Part shown: in pieces, positions 31,514-42,349 of the stretch
Layout of the letters: each line of letters starts with the position of its first letter
Numbering within the stretch: the first letter of the stretch is position 1
Source: Alphaproteobacteria bacterium
GTDB taxonomy: Bacteria > Pseudomonadota > Alphaproteobacteria > UBA828
Reading direction: 5' to 3'
DNA length: 64,000 nt
Assembly: GCA_963422645.2 (NCBI GenBank)
Contig: CAXXVO010000009.1
Location: 160,001 to 224,000 of the forward strand
Notes under the pieces: model-generated
Seen by the model: only the letters and a program-made list of their open reading frames with translations
The model's database searches: none
What the model was told of the DNA's origin: nothing
Made by a program: the position numbers and the translations under genes

Positions 31514-33040
31514 GTGGTGGGGGAGATGCTGGTTGTGGAAACGATCGCGAAGATCCGTCGGGATCATCTGGTGAAGGGCGTTCCGATCAAGAAGCTCGCC
31601 CGGGATTTGAGGGTTTCCAAGAACACGATACGCAAGGTGGTGCGGGGCGATGCGACCTCGCACAGCTACGAGCGCAAGATCCAGCCGATGCCGAAGCTTG
31701 GGCTGTGGGTGGAGGAGCTTGAGCGCCAGCTGAAGGCCAACGAGAAGAAGGCACGCAAGGATCGGCTGTCTCTTCTGCGGATTCATGAAGACCTTGTGTC
31801 GCTGGGCTACAAGGGCGGCTATGACGCGGTTCGCCGCTATGCCAGGGCCTGGCGGCGCCGGTGGCGGCTGTTGTCGCCGGCGCAGGCCTATGTGCCGCTG
31901 ATCTTCGATCCCGGCGAGGCCTACCAGTTCGACTGGAGCCACGAGTACGCGCGTCTGTCGGGCGCGACGACCAGGGTGAAGGCGGCGCACATGCGGCTGT
32001 GCCACAGCCGGATGTATCTGGTCCAGATCTTTCCCCGCGAGAGCCAGGAGATGGTCTTCGAGGCGCACGAGCGTGCCTTCCGCTTCTTCGGCGGGGTCTG
32101 CCGGCGGGGCATCTACGACAACATGAAGACGGCGGTGAGCACGATCTTCGTGGGCAAGAAGCGGGACTACAACCGCCGCTTCCAGGAGCTGTGCTCGCAC
32201 CATCTGGTGGAGCCTGTGGCGTGCACGCCAGGGGCTGGCTGGGAGAAGGGGCAGGTCGAGAAGCAGGTGGGTGACCTTCGCGGCCGCCTGTTCGTGCCCA
32301 TCCCGCGGGGCCGCTCCTACGCCGAGATCAACGAGTGGCTGATGGATCGGTGCATCGAGGACGCCAAGAAGCATCCGCATCCGACAATCCCGGGCAAGAC
32401 GGTGTGGCAGGTGTTCGAGGAGGAGCAGCCCTTCCTGATGGCGTATCGCGGCCCCTTCGACGGCTTCCATGCCAGCGAGGTGTCGGTCTCGAAGACCTGT
32501 CTGGTGCGCTTCGACAACAACCAGTACAGCGTCGCGGCCCGCGCCGTCGGCCGGCCGGTGGACGTGCGGGCCTATGCCGATCGGATCGTCATCCGCCAGG
32601 ACGGCGAGACCGTTGCCGAGCACCCCCGCAGCTTCGGGCGCGGCCGGTTCGTCTACGATCCGTGGCATTACGTGCCGATCCTGACGCGGAAGCCCGGCGC
32701 GCTACGCAATGGCGCGCCCTTCAAGGACTGGCAGTTGCCCAACGCGCTCGGCCGCCTGCGAACCCGGCTCGCGGGCCACGACGACGGCGACCGGCAGTTC
32801 GTCAAGGTGCTCGCGGCGGTGCTGGAGGACGGACTGGAGGCGGTTGAGGCGGCCTGTGCCGAGACGCTCGACTGCGGTGCCTGCAGCGCCGACGTGGTGC
32901 TCAACATCCTCGCCCGGCAGCGCCAGCCGGCACCGCCGGCAATCATCCCGACGCCCGAGGGCCTGCAGCTTCGCCACAAGCCGGTAGCCGACTGTCAGCG
33001 CTACGACAGCCTGAGGGAGGCCGGTCATGGAGCGTCATGA
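31514..33040 (+). CDS. istA: IS21 transposase IstA
   Basis: Identical to 13836..15362. Confidence 0.95.
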   Translation: MVGEMLVVETIAKIRRDHLVKGVPIKKLARDLRVSKNTIRKVVRGDATSHSYERKIQPMPKLGLWVEELERQLKANEKKARKDRLSLLRIHEDLVSLGYKGGYDAVRRYARAWRRRWRLLSPAQAYVPLIFDPGEAYQFDWSHEYARLSGATTRVKAAHMRLCHSRMYLVQIFPRESQEMVFEAHERAFRFFGGVCRRGIYDNMKTAVSTIFVGKKRDYNRRFQELCSHHLVEPVACTPGAGWEKGQVEKQVGDLRGRLFVPIPRGRSYAEINEWLMDRCIEDAKKHPHPTIPGKTVWQVFEEEQPFLMAYRGPFDGFHASEVSVSKTCLVRFDNNQYSVAARAVGRPVDVRAYADRIVIRQDGETVAEHPRSFGRGRFVYDPWHYVPILTRKPGALRNGAPFKDWQLPNALGRLRTRLAGHDDGDRQFVKVLAAVLEDGLEAVEAACAETLDCGACSADVVLNILARQRQPAPPAIIPTPEGLQLRHKPVADCQRYDSLREAGHGAS

Positions 33041-33755
33041 TGTGCTGGAGATGATGACCCAGCTGAAGCTCGCAGGTATGCGCGCCGCTTACGACGACAT
33101 CCTTGCCGACGGGCTCAAGCGCCGCCATCCGGTGCAACAGATCATCGGTACGCTGCTGCAGGTCGAGATCGCCGACAAGAGGGCCCGCTCGATCAAGTAC
33201 CAGATGGCCTCCGCCAAGCTGCCGACGGTCAAGGAGCTGGCCGACTTCGACTTCGCCGCCTCGCCGGTCAACGAGCCCCTGATCCAGGAGCTCGCCGGCG
33301 GCGGCTTCCTCGAGGGCAAACGCAACATCGTGCTGGTCGGCGGCACCGGTACCGGCAAGACCCATCTCGCCGTCGCCATCGCGCGGTCCTGCATCCGCAA
33401 GGGCGCGCGCGGCCGGTGCTACAACGTCGTCGACCTGGTCAACCTCCTCGAGGCCGAGCTTCGCGCCGGACGCCAGGGCCGCACTGCAGACCAGCTCGTC
33501 CGCCGCGACTTCGTCATCCTCGACGAGCTCGGCTACCTGCCCTTCGCCCAGGCCGGTGGGCAGCTGCTCTTCCATCTGATGAGCCGGCTCTACGAGCGCA
33601 CCTCGATCGTCATCACCACAAACCTCGCCTTCGGCGAATGGCCATCCGTCTTCGGCGACCCCAAGATGACCACAGCGCTGCTCGATCGCCTCACCCATCA
33701 TTGCGAGATCATCGAGACCGGCAACGAGAGCTGGCGCTTCAAGAACCGCTCCTGA
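33027..33755 (+). CDS. istB: IS21 helper ATPase IstB
   Basis: Identical to 15349..16077. Confidence 0.95.
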   Translation: MERHDVLEMMTQLKLAGMRAAYDDILADGLKRRHPVQQIIGTLLQVEIADKRARSIKYQMASAKLPTVKELADFDFAASPVNEPLIQELAGGGFLEGKRNIVLVGGTGTGKTHLAVAIARSCIRKGARGRCYNVVDLVNLLEAELRAGRQGRTADQLVRRDFVILDELGYLPFAQAGGQLLFHLMSRLYERTSIVITTNLAFGEWPSVFGDPKMTTALLDRLTHHCEIIETGNESWRFKNRS

Positions 33756-33957
33756 CCCGCCGCCGGCCTCCCTTGCGGCCCGGTTGCCCCGGTGGGCCAA
33801 CAGGGACCCCCCACGCGGCTTCGCTCCGCGTAGCGCAGGGCGCCACACGAAGCCGCGCGGGTCCCCCCTATTGGCTACCGGGACAACCTCCGCCGTGCCA
33901 CTCAGGGGGGTCAATTTTGCACGCCGATCGGGGGTCAGTATTGAAAGCCGATTGACA

Positions 33958-34580
33958 ACCAGCACGCGCCCGCGCCGGCTCCTGATGTCGAGCCCGGCGA
34001 CGATGGCGTGGCGCTTGCCGTCGGCGCAGATCACGTCGACCGTGGTCGAGTCCAGCTCCCAAAGCTGATTGAGGCGCACGACGTGGGCGGCCGCGTCGCC
34101 GCCGGCCGGCTTGCGGTGCGAGCGGTGGCGGTCGGGATTGGCAACGGCGCTCACCTCGAAGGCGTGCCGGCGCCGCCAGTCGGCGAGCCAATGGCTGATG
34201 GTCGATCGCGCCGGGGCGTTGGCCGAAGCGGGCCTCAAGCGTGCGGTGGCAATGCTCGGCGGTGAGGTGCGAGGGATTGTGCGTGGCGAGCGCTTCCAGG
34301 GTCTCGCGCACGCGGCCTGCGATCTTCGGCGGCCGGCCGGTGGGCTTGCGGTCGAGCAGGGCGCGCACGCGGGCGCCTTCCGGCAGGCCCTTGACCTTGG
34401 CCCGCCAGCGGCCGACGACGGCGGCGGAGACCCCGGCCTCGTCCGCCGCCGTGGCATCGGCGGCGGCGCGCGGAATGCCAACGGCGATCAGGTCCTCGGC
34501 GCGGCGCAAGGCGGCGAGAGGGTGGCGGGCCTGGTCGCGCTGCGCCTCGGTGGCGCGCTCCCGGGCGTGATCGTGCGCGA
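33958..34580 (-). pseudogene. Mu-like phage transposase (MuA-type) fragment, frameshifted and cut by IS21
   Basis: HTH region VSAAVVGRWRAKVKG, then NQLWELDST...DGKRHAIVAGLDIRSRR, the start of the integrase core. Confidence 0.65.
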
Positions 34581-34783
34581 GCTATTCCGGGGCCGATTTT
34601 TCGGCCGATTCGGGATCTATTCCGCCCCCTTTTTCCCGCCGTTCGACGCGACTTTCGGCGCCAATTCGACGAAGTTTTCGGCGGGCTACAATGAGAGGTA
34701 GAGAGAGACTGGGGGAGGTGGGGAATCCCTGCGCCGTTGCCGGCGCTGCCCCGCTTGCCTATGGTGCCTTCGGTTCACCGAGA

Positions 34784-34860
<77 letters not shown>

Positions 34861-34899
34861 ACCTTTTCACAGGCTTAGCCGCCTCTCGCTTTCCGCCCT

Positions 34900-36635
34900 T
34901 TGCCGTGAAACAGATTCTGGCGAGGGACGCGCGGTGACGCTCCAACCCCGAGGTCACGGCGTTGGCTGAGACCGCCAGGGTCGGCGCGGCGGAGACGAGC
35001 GGTGGACTTCCCCGATGTGGTCCGAAGCGGTCCCGCGTAGCCGGCTGACGAGATGCGGGCCGCTCAGGCGGCCTTGAGTTCCGCGCCTACGGGCTCGATG
35101 TAGCCGTAGCGGCGGAGCATGCGGATCCACCGAGGAGCGTTGCGCTTGACCATCAGAGCGTCGTAGTCGGCCGTGCGGTCGTAGTAGGGCCTGCCGGTCT
35201 TGAGCACCACATAGATGATGCGCAGCATCTTGTGAGCGCCGGCGACGATGGCGCGCTTGTAGCCGCGCCGGGCGGCGAGGGCGCGGTGATGAGCCTCGAA
35301 CTGGCACCCCTTGGTTCGGGCCGCGCCGTGGGCACACTCGACGAGGCAGGCGCGCAGGGTCTTGGAGCCCATGCGGGTGCGTGCGTTGCGGCGCTTGCCC
35401 CCGCTCTCGTTGTTGCCGGGGCAGAGCCCGGCCCAGGCGGCGAAGTGCTCCTTGGAGGCGAACACGCCGATGTCGGGGCCGATCTCGATGAGGATGGTCG
35501 AGGCGGCGGTGCGGTCGATGCCGGGGATGGTGGTCAGCAGACGGAGCTGCTCCTCCCACGGTGTCATCTGCCCGTCGATCTTCCTGGTGTAGGACGCGAT
35601 GCGCGCCTCAAGCGCGTCATGCTCCTCCAGCAGGTCGTTGAGCATGAAGCGGTCGTTGTCGCCCAGGCTCAGGGTGAGCGCCTCGCCGAGCCCCTCCAGC
35701 TTGTTCGCAACGTGGCTGGTGAGCGAGGCGAGGATGACCTCGCGCGCCGTCCCCTGCGCCAGGCCGTCGAGGATCTTCCGGCCGTTGACGCCGAAGACGT
35801 CGGAGAGGATGCCGCCGATGCGCGCACCGGCGCGGTCGATGATCTTCTGCACGCGGTTGCGCACGGCGGAGCGCTGCCTGACCAGGACGCGGCGCTGGCG
35901 GCTCAGTGCGCGCAGCTCCCGGAACGGCTCAGGCGGAACGTGGGAAGGCGTGCAGAGCCCGAACTGGCACACGCAGGCCAGCCACACGCTGTCCGCCACG
36001 TCGGTCTTGCGCCCCTTCAACTGCTTCACCTGACGCGCATGCACCAGGATCGCCTCGAGCCCGGCCGCCTCCAGGGCCGCGAAGGGCGCCTGCCAGTAGA
36101 CCCCGGTCCCTTCCATCACCGCAGCCTCGACGCCGTGACCGGTCAGCCACGCGACCATCTCCTCCAGACCGCTCGGCAGCGTGCCGAAGCAGCGCGTCTC
36201 CACCACCGGCTCACCCTCGCCCTCACAGAGGCGAACCGTCGCGGTGATCTCCATCTTGTGCACGTCCAGACCCGCCGCGCGCGGCCGGACGACGTGCAAG
36301 CCTTCCGTCTTCATCGCCTTCCTCCTCATTTGCGCTCTCGCCACGGCGGCGTACGATCACGCCGTGGCATCGCCACGGTGGAGGCGGGGACAGCGGTCGG
36401 AAGAACACGCATCCGACGAGCGGGTGCGGTGCAATTTGCCGCGCGTCCACGGCCACGGGCCGGGTACAATACGGGGTGCGGAGCCGGCCGCCGGAAGCAG
36501 TTTTGTCATCGGGAACTACGTCACCGATATAACGACGCTCACACGTCCCCACCTCCGCCAATACCCATCCTGACACGGCAAATGGGTGCAAGCGCAAGGA
36601 AAACGTCAGCCGAACCGCTCCTGTTTCATGCCACG
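34900..36635 (-). mobile_element. IS110-family element just downstream of tRNA-Arg
   Basis: Sub-terminal IR TGAAACAG (34906-34913) / CTGTTTCA (36621-36628) flanks the transposase. Ends approximate. Confidence 0.65.
35064..36314 (-). CDS. IS110 transposase (intact)
   Basis: [52 protein letters not shown] before ATG 36314. Confidence 0.93.
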   Translation of the reverse strand: MKTEGLHVVRPRAAGLDVHKMEITATVRLCEGEGEPVVETRCFGTLPSGLEEMVAWLTGHGVEAAVMEGTGVYWQAPFAALEAAGLEAILVHARQVKQLKGRKTDVADSVWLACVCQFGLCTPSHVPPEPFRELRALSRQRRVLVRQRSAVRNRVQKIIDRAGARIGGILSDVFGVNGRKILDGLAQGTAREVILASLTSHVANKLEGLGEALTLSLGDNDRFMLNDLLEEHDALEARIASYTRKIDGQMTPWEEQLRLLTTIPGIDRTAASTILIEIGPDIGVFASKEHFAAWAGLCPGNNESGGKRRNARTRMGSKTLRACLVECAHGAARTKGCQFEAHHRALAARRGYKRAIVAGAHKMLRIIYVVLKTGRPYYDRTADYDALMVKRNAPRWIRMLRRYGYIEPVGAELKAA

Positions 36636-37087
36636 GGGTGGCTCAGAACCGCGGGGACCATGACTGTTTTGCCGAATAGCTGTCCAGTCGGACAGAAACT
36701 CCGAATTCGGCCGGCCGGACGCGCGCCGGTGCGCTGTCCCCTAGGTCGTACCTCGGTGCGACGGGCGGGGACATGTCAGGCGGGGGCGTTGAGGAAGTAC
36801 CCGCTAGTCACGTGACTCCAAAGTTCGTGGCATAAATTTTGTTCGACCCTGAGGCAAAAGCGCTTGAGGGCGGCGCCGCCAGCGGCCGGCCCATAGCGCG
36901 TGCCATCGCGACGCCCTCCATTGTCACACCCAGATGGCCACTACGAAGGAAACTTACTTCAGTGCCAGATGGCTAGAGCGCGTCCGACTTTGACGGACGC
37001 GCAACAGGCCGCGACTGCGGCCCGCCGCCAATGCGGCGCGCCCGCGCAGGCGCCGGCCCCAGGCCGGCTGCCGTGAGCGATGAAGAT

Positions 37088-37999
37088 CTAAAGATGCGCC
37101 TTGGGTCCCCGGCCGCCACCTTGCATCGCCTCGCGGCGGGCGATGTAGATGCCGCTGGTGACGATCAGCGCCGCGCCCAGCCAGGTCCACACGTCGACGA
37201 CATCGCCGAACCAGAGGAAGCCGATCACCGCGGCGCCGATCAGCTGGCCGTAGTCGAAGGGGCCGACCACCGAGGCGCGGCCGTACTGATAGGCCTTGAT
37301 CACCAGAAAGTGCCCGCCACCGCCGAACACGCCGAGGCCGATGAAGGCCCCCCAATGGACGAGCTCCGTCGGCCAGGTCCAGAAGAAGGGCCCGGCAGCC
37401 GTGGTCGCCACCAGCGCCACGATGATCGTGTAGATCGCGGTGGTGCGGTAGTCGTCCTGAGCCGCAAGCTGGCGGGTCTGGATCTGGAAAAGCGCGTAGG
37501 CGGCTGCGGCGCCCAGCACCAGCAGGAAGGACCAGTGGATGATCTCGCCGCCGGGCCGGAAGATCACCGCCGCCCCGGCAAAGCCCACCGCCACGGCGGC
37601 CCAGCGTCGGGGGCCCACCCGCTCCCCCAGCATCGGCACCGAGAGGGCGACGACCATGAGCGGCGCCGTGAAGAAGGCCATCGTTATGGCCGTGAGCGAC
37701 ACGTGCGAGAGCGCGGTGATGTAGAGCACCAACGCAACGAGCTGCAGCGCGGAGCGGATGAGCTGGAGGCCCGGCCGGTTGCTGCGCAGGATGCGGAGCC
37801 CGCCATAAGGTACAAAGAGCCCGAGCATCCATACCATGTGGACAACCGAGCGCATCCACATGATCTGCACGATCGAATAGTCGTTCGACAGGAGATACTT
37901 CACCAACGCATTGAGCAGAGGAAAGACGACGATCGCAACGAGGCACATGAAGAGGATGCCCCGGAAGGAATCGTCGATGCGGGCGGGGGCGATGGTCAT
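37088..37999 (-). CDS. DMT/EamA family transporter
   Basis: About 10 TM segments; LGERVGPRRW, ASVVGPFDYGQL. Confidence 0.88.
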   Translation of the reverse strand: MTIAPARIDDSFRGILFMCLVAIVVFPLLNALVKYLLSNDYSIVQIMWMRSVVHMVWMLGLFVPYGGLRILRSNRPGLQLIRSALQLVALVLYITALSHVSLTAITMAFFTAPLMVVALSVPMLGERVGPRRWAAVAVGFAGAAVIFRPGGEIIHWSFLLVLGAAAAYALFQIQTRQLAAQDDYRTTAIYTIIVALVATTAAGPFFWTWPTELVHWGAFIGLGVFGGGGHFLVIKAYQYGRASVVGPFDYGQLIGAAVIGFLWFGDVVDVWTWLGAALIVTSGIYIARREAMQGGGRGPKAHL

Positions 38000-38031
38000 C
38001 GTGCTGTTTTAGCCCGGAACTCTTGCCGGGG

Positions 38032-38925
38032 TCAGGTGGCCCTCTGCCTTAGACGCGCTTCCCGGTGGGCGATGTAGAGGCCGCTCGCGATGATCACGGC
38101 GGCGCCGACCCAGGTCCAGGCGTCGGGAACTTCGCCGAAAAACGCGAAGCCGAAGATGCTGGCGCCTACCAGCTGGCTGTAATCGAAGGGGCCGACCAGC
38201 GAAGCCTCGGCGTACTGATAGGCCTTGATGATGAAGTAGTGGGCGAGACCGCCCACCACGCCGAGCGAGAGGAAGAGCAGCCAGTCCACCGTGTTCCTGG
38301 GCATTTCCCAGAAGAAGGGCACCGCGACCGTGGCCACGATGAAGGCGGCGAGGATCGTGTAGACCGCCGTCGTGCGCGGATCGTCGTGGCCCGCGAGCTT
38401 GCGGGTCTGGATCTGATAGATGGCGTAAAAGAACGCACCGCCGAGCACGAGCAGCGCACCCCAGTGCACCGCATCGGCGCCGGGGCGGAGGACGATCAGG
38501 ACACCGGCGAAGCCGACGAAGACCGCAGCCCAGCGGCGCGGCCCCACGCGTTCGCCGAGGAAGGGCACCGAGAGCGCCACCAGTATCAGCGGCCCGGTGA
38601 AGAGCACCATCGTGACGGTCGTGATCGGTGTCCAGAAGAGCGCGACCCAGATCAGCGTGAAGGTCACGAGCTGGGTCAGCGAGCGAATCGACTGCAGCCA
38701 CGGGCGGCGGCTCGCGAAGAGCCTCGGCCCCATCGCCGGCATGAAGAGCACCACCATGAAGCCCAGGTGCACGACGCAGCGGAACCAGATGATCTGCACC
38801 ATGTGATAGTCGGCGATGAGCGCCTTCACGAGGGCGTTGAGCCCCGGCAGCCCGAATCCCGCGGCCATGCACATGTAGAGGACGCCGACGAGCGGCGCGG
38901 CCGAGGCGGATTGCGGGGGGACCAT
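38032..38925 (-). CDS. DMT/EamA family transporter (tandem paralog)
   Basis: Same motifs: LGERVGPRRW, ASLVGPFDYSQL. Confidence 0.88.
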   Translation of the reverse strand: MVPPQSASAAPLVGVLYMCMAAGFGLPGLNALVKALIADYHMVQIIWFRCVVHLGFMVVLFMPAMGPRLFASRRPWLQSIRSLTQLVTFTLIWVALFWTPITTVTMVLFTGPLILVALSVPFLGERVGPRRWAAVFVGFAGVLIVLRPGADAVHWGALLVLGGAFFYAIYQIQTRKLAGHDDPRTTAVYTILAAFIVATVAVPFFWEMPRNTVDWLLFLSLGVVGGLAHYFIIKAYQYAEASLVGPFDYSQLVGASIFGFAFFGEVPDAWTWVGAAVIIASGLYIAHREARLRQRAT

Positions 38926-39325
38926 GCGACCTTCTAGCCCGGATTTCTTGTCGAGATCAGGGCCTGCGCCTCATTCAGGGCAGACAAGCAGGCTGGAGTC
39001 CCAGAAAACCGGTCGTGTTTCGTTTCAAAACAAGGGTTTACGCGAAACTGGGTTTGTTTAGAAAATTTCATGGTTGCCGCGCCCTGCCTGCGCCCGGCGG
39101 GACACCGCCGCGCGCGGGTACGCGCGCTGAATCTGGACAGGAGCGCCCGGCAACCGGCGGGAGTCCGCCATTGACGGGAACCGGGCTGCGAAGCAGTCCG
39201 GACGGCGCGACCGCGCCGCGCGCGTAGCGCGGAGCCAAGCGAGCGGAGCGAGCACCCGGCGATTGAGGGAACTATCTAAAAACCCGCCCGCCGTTGAGGG
39301 AACCTATTAAACCACCGCCCGCGCC

Positions 39326-40075
39326 TCATTCCGGCCCGAGGGACAGGATCGATGTGGGCCCGGTGCGGAACACCCGCGGCGCAATTTCTGGCCAGGATTC
39401 GCCGGGCTCGGCTTCGGGGCGGGATTCACCGGGATCAGGTGGGATTAGGCTGGATGGCCGGGATTCCGCCGGATTCCACGGGTCCACCGGCACCGATGTG
39501 ACGGTGCGCGGCGGCCGGGGCGGCGGGGGCGGGTCGCCCTCCACCGCCGCGCGGATCATGGCGACGGTTTCCGACGAGAGCCCCCCCTGGGGCTTGGCCT
39601 GGCCGGCGCTCTGCGCCGCCTTCTTCACCGCCTGCTCCCGGTCCGCGCGGAGCTTGTCGGTACCCTCGATGCGCTTGAGAGTGAGGGCGAGGCGGGCGAG
39701 CTCCTCTGTCGAGGCGGGCTCTTCCCGCTTGCTGAGGTCGGCCATGGTCGAGAGCACCATGGTCCGCAGGGTCTCGATCAGGAACAGCGCCGTGCGGCCT
39801 TCGGGGCGCTCGCCGAGCGCGTCCACCCACGCCTTGATGGTGCGGTCGGTCTCCTCTTGTTTGCGGATCAGGTCGCGCATGTTCTTGGCGTAGCGGCCGA
39901 CGGCGGAGCGCGAGCATGTCTCGCCCCCGGCCCGGATGCGGGCGGCGATCTCGTCGATGGTGGCGCCGTCCGCGATGGCCGCATCGACGGCCTCGCGCAG
40001 CTCGGGCGCCAGGCGGTCGATGGAGGAGCGGCCGAATGCCGGGCCGGTCGGGGTCTTGGGGGCTTCGTTCTGCAT
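39326..40075 (-). CDS. Mu gp27-like (DUF3486) protein with a low-complexity tail
   Basis: GRSSIDRLAPELREAVD...TIDEI...SRSAVGRY pattern. Alternative start at 40111. Confidence 0.7.
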   Translation of the reverse strand: MQNEAPKTPTGPAFGRSSIDRLAPELREAVDAAIADGATIDEIAARIRAGGETCSRSAVGRYAKNMRDLIRKQEETDRTIKAWVDALGERPEGRTALFLIETLRTMVLSTMADLSKREEPASTEELARLALTLKRIEGTDKLRADREQAVKKAAQSAGQAKPQGGLSSETVAMIRAAVEGDPPPPPRPPRTVTSVPVDPWNPAESRPSSLIPPDPGESRPEAEPGESWPEIAPRVFRTGPTSILSLGPE

Positions 40076-40163
40076 GGCGGGGCTGTGCTCGCGGGCTGGT
40101 TCCGGGGTCATTCCGCAATGCTGCCCCGCCCCGCACGCACCCTCCACCGCACCATGGTCCGGG

Positions 40164-40350
40164 GTCGCTCGCGCCCGAAGGCTCGCGAGCGCGGAAGTAG
40201 AGTCACGCGCGCCCGTAGGGTCGCGAGCGCGGAAGTAGAGTCGCGCAAGCCCGTAGGGTCTCGCGCGCGGAATATAGAGTCGCTCGCGCCCGAAGGCTCG
40301 CGAGCGCGGAAGTAGACTCACGCGCGCCCGAAGGGTCGCGAGCGCGAGAC
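40164..40350. repeat. Tandem array of five ~38-bp hairpin units
   Basis: Unit GTCGCTCGCGCCCGAAGGCTCGCGAGCGCGGAAGTAGA and variants at 40164, 40202, 40240, 40279 and 40317. Confidence 0.9.
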
Positions 40351-40381
40351 ACATGGCCGGGGGTTGCGACCGCTCCAGCCG

Positions 40382-40652
40382 CTAGCCCGCATTTTTCACC
40401 AGGGTCACGGCCTGCGTCGTGCCCAGGCGTTCGATCCGCTAGGAGCGGGCCGAAAAGCGTATCAGGGAATACGGTTGAGGCCCGCGACGACGCGGGCGGA
40501 CGCCTGGGCGCGACCCGAAGGGCGGCGCTCTCCGGCCGACAGCGTGCGTCGCGACCCTTGCCCGATGCACCACATCGCGCTGCGCGCCGCTCCTACTCTG
40601 TCGGCCGGAGAACGCCGCGCAGACCATGACCGTGGTGAGAAATGCGGGCTAG
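40382..40652. mobile_element. MITE-like element, copy 1
   Basis: TIR CTAGCCCGCATTTTTCACCAGGGTCA / TGACCGTGGTGAGAAATGCGGGCTAG; an inverted homolog lies at 61917..62214. Confidence 0.8.
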
Positions 40653-40656
40653 GCGT

Positions 40657-42279
40657 TCAGGCGGCGGCGGGCGCTTCGGCGGGGAGCGGCGGCTTGCCCA
40701 GGATCATGTCGGCCGCCTTCTCCGCGATCATGATGGTGGGGGCGGCGGTGTTGCTGCTGGTGATGAGCGGCATGACCGAGGCGTCGACGACCCGGAGCCC
40801 CTCCGCGCCGCGCAAGCGCAGCTCTGCGTCCACCACGGCGCGCTCGTCGCGCCCCATGCGGCAGGTGCCGACCGGGTGCCAGACGGTGGTGAGGTTGGCC
40901 CTGATCCAGGCATCGATCTCGTCGTCCGACTGCGCCTGACTGCCCGGCGCGATCTCGTCGCCGCGGTAGGGGTCGAAGGGCGCCTGGGCCATGATCCGCC
41001 GCGCGAAGCGCACCGCGGCGCGCATCACCCGGCGGTCGGTCTCGGCGCTCAGCGTGTTGGCGTGGATTGCCGGCGCCGCGTGAGCGTCTGCGGCGGCGAT
41101 GCGCACCTCCCCGCGGCTCTCGGGCCGGAGCTGGTAGCAGTGGGTGAGGAAGCCGTGCCGGCCCTGCTTCTTGCGGGTCACGTCGAGGGTGAGGCCGGGG
41201 ATGAAGGTCACCTGCAGATCGGGCGCATCGAGCCCCTCGCGGCTGCGCGCGAAGCCGCCGGCCTCCAGCGCGATCGAGGTGCCGGGGCCGGTGCCGAAGA
41301 GGTAGGCGCGGAGGCAGGCGAGCGCCGCGCGGTCGGGCCGCAGCAGGTCGTAGAGCGCCACCGGCTGGGTGCAGGCAACTTGCACGTAGACGCCCGCGTG
41401 ATCCTGCAGGTTGCGCCCGACATCGGGGCTTTCCGCCACGACGTCGATACCGAGAGACTTGAGATGCTCCGGCGCGCCAATTCCCGAGAGCTGCAGCAGT
41501 TGGGGCGAGTTGATCGTGCCGGCTGAGAGGATCACCTCGCGGCGCGCGCGGATCTCGCGCCGCTGCCCCCCTTGCCGGTAGGCGACGCCGACGCAGCGCC
41601 TGCCTTCGAAGAGCAGCCGCTCGACATGGGCACGGAGCACGACGCGCAGATTGCTTCGCTCCCGCACCGGCAGGATGAAGGCATGGCCGGTGTTCACCCG
41701 CCGCCCCCGGTCGACGCAGAAATCCTGCCGGCCGACGCCCTCCTGCACCGCGCCGTTGAAGTCGTCGTTGCGCGGCAAGCCATACGCCTCGCAGGCCTCG
41801 AGGAAGACGCCATAGAGCGGGTTTTCCGAGGCGGCGCGGTTCACGCGGAGCGGGCCGTCGCTGCCGTGATAGGCGTCGCGGCGGGAGCCGTGCCCCTCGG
41901 CCCGCTTGAAGTAGGGCAGCACGCTCTCGTAGTCCCAGCCGTCGAGTTCGCGCTGGCGCCAGCCGTCGTAGTCCATGCGGTTGCCGCGCATGTACATCAT
42001 GCCGTTGATGGCGGACGTGCCGCCCAGCACCTTGCCGCGCGGCCAGGGGACGCGGCGGCCGTCGAGATGGGGCTCGGGCTCGGTCTCGTAGCCCCAGTTG
42101 ATCGAGCGCATGAAGTAGACCAGCCCCGCCATCAGCGGGATGTGGATGAAGGGATGGCGCGCCTCGCCGCCGGCCTCCAGCAGCGCGACGCTGGTCCCGG
42201 GCTCGGCCGAGAGCCGGTTGGCCAGCACACAGCCGGCGGTGCCGCCGCCGATCACGACGAAATCATGCTCGTCCGCCAT
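40657..42279 (-). CDS. GMC-family oxidoreductase (choline dehydrogenase-like)
   Basis: GGGTAG, PRGKVLGGTSAINGMMYMRG, GRNLQDH, WHPVGTCRMG, NTAAPTIMIAEK. Confidence 0.9.
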   Translation of the reverse strand: MADEHDFVVIGGGTAGCVLANRLSAEPGTSVALLEAGGEARHPFIHIPLMAGLVYFMRSINWGYETEPEPHLDGRRVPWPRGKVLGGTSAINGMMYMRGNRMDYDGWRQRELDGWDYESVLPYFKRAEGHGSRRDAYHGSDGPLRVNRAASENPLYGVFLEACEAYGLPRNDDFNGAVQEGVGRQDFCVDRGRRVNTGHAFILPVRERSNLRVVLRAHVERLLFEGRRCVGVAYRQGGQRREIRARREVILSAGTINSPQLLQLSGIGAPEHLKSLGIDVVAESPDVGRNLQDHAGVYVQVACTQPVALYDLLRPDRAALACLRAYLFGTGPGTSIALEAGGFARSREGLDAPDLQVTFIPGLTLDVTRKKQGRHGFLTHCYQLRPESRGEVRIAAADAHAAPAIHANTLSAETDRRVMRAAVRFARRIMAQAPFDPYRGDEIAPGSQAQSDDEIDAWIRANLTTVWHPVGTCRMGRDERAVVDAELRLRGAEGLRVVDASVMPLITSSNTAAPTIMIAEKAADMILGKPPLPAEAPAAA

Positions 42280-42349
42280 GCTTCCCCCTGCATAGACGCG
42301 AGGTCTGCCTTAGACTGCGCCGCCCCCACCCTTCAGCACGGACCCCGCC

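Larger units (their letters stand above)
31407..33957 (+). mobile_element. IS21-family element, copy 2
   Basis: Same ends and identical ORF translations as 13729..16279 (offset 17678). Confidence 0.95.

Noticed and set aside
13729-33957. IS21 composite transposon
   Set aside because: The outer flanks (CTATGC vs ACCAGC) show no target duplication, so there is no evidence it moved as a unit.
36660-37080. Palindromes downstream of the DMT genes (GTCACGTGAC; GCGCGTCCG...CGGACGCGC)
   Set aside because: Isolated short hairpins are expected in GC-rich DNA and may be REP-like remnants; no function can be supported.
40164-40350. Possible CRISPR array
   Set aside because: The units are head-to-tail with no unique spacers, and there are no cas genes in the window.
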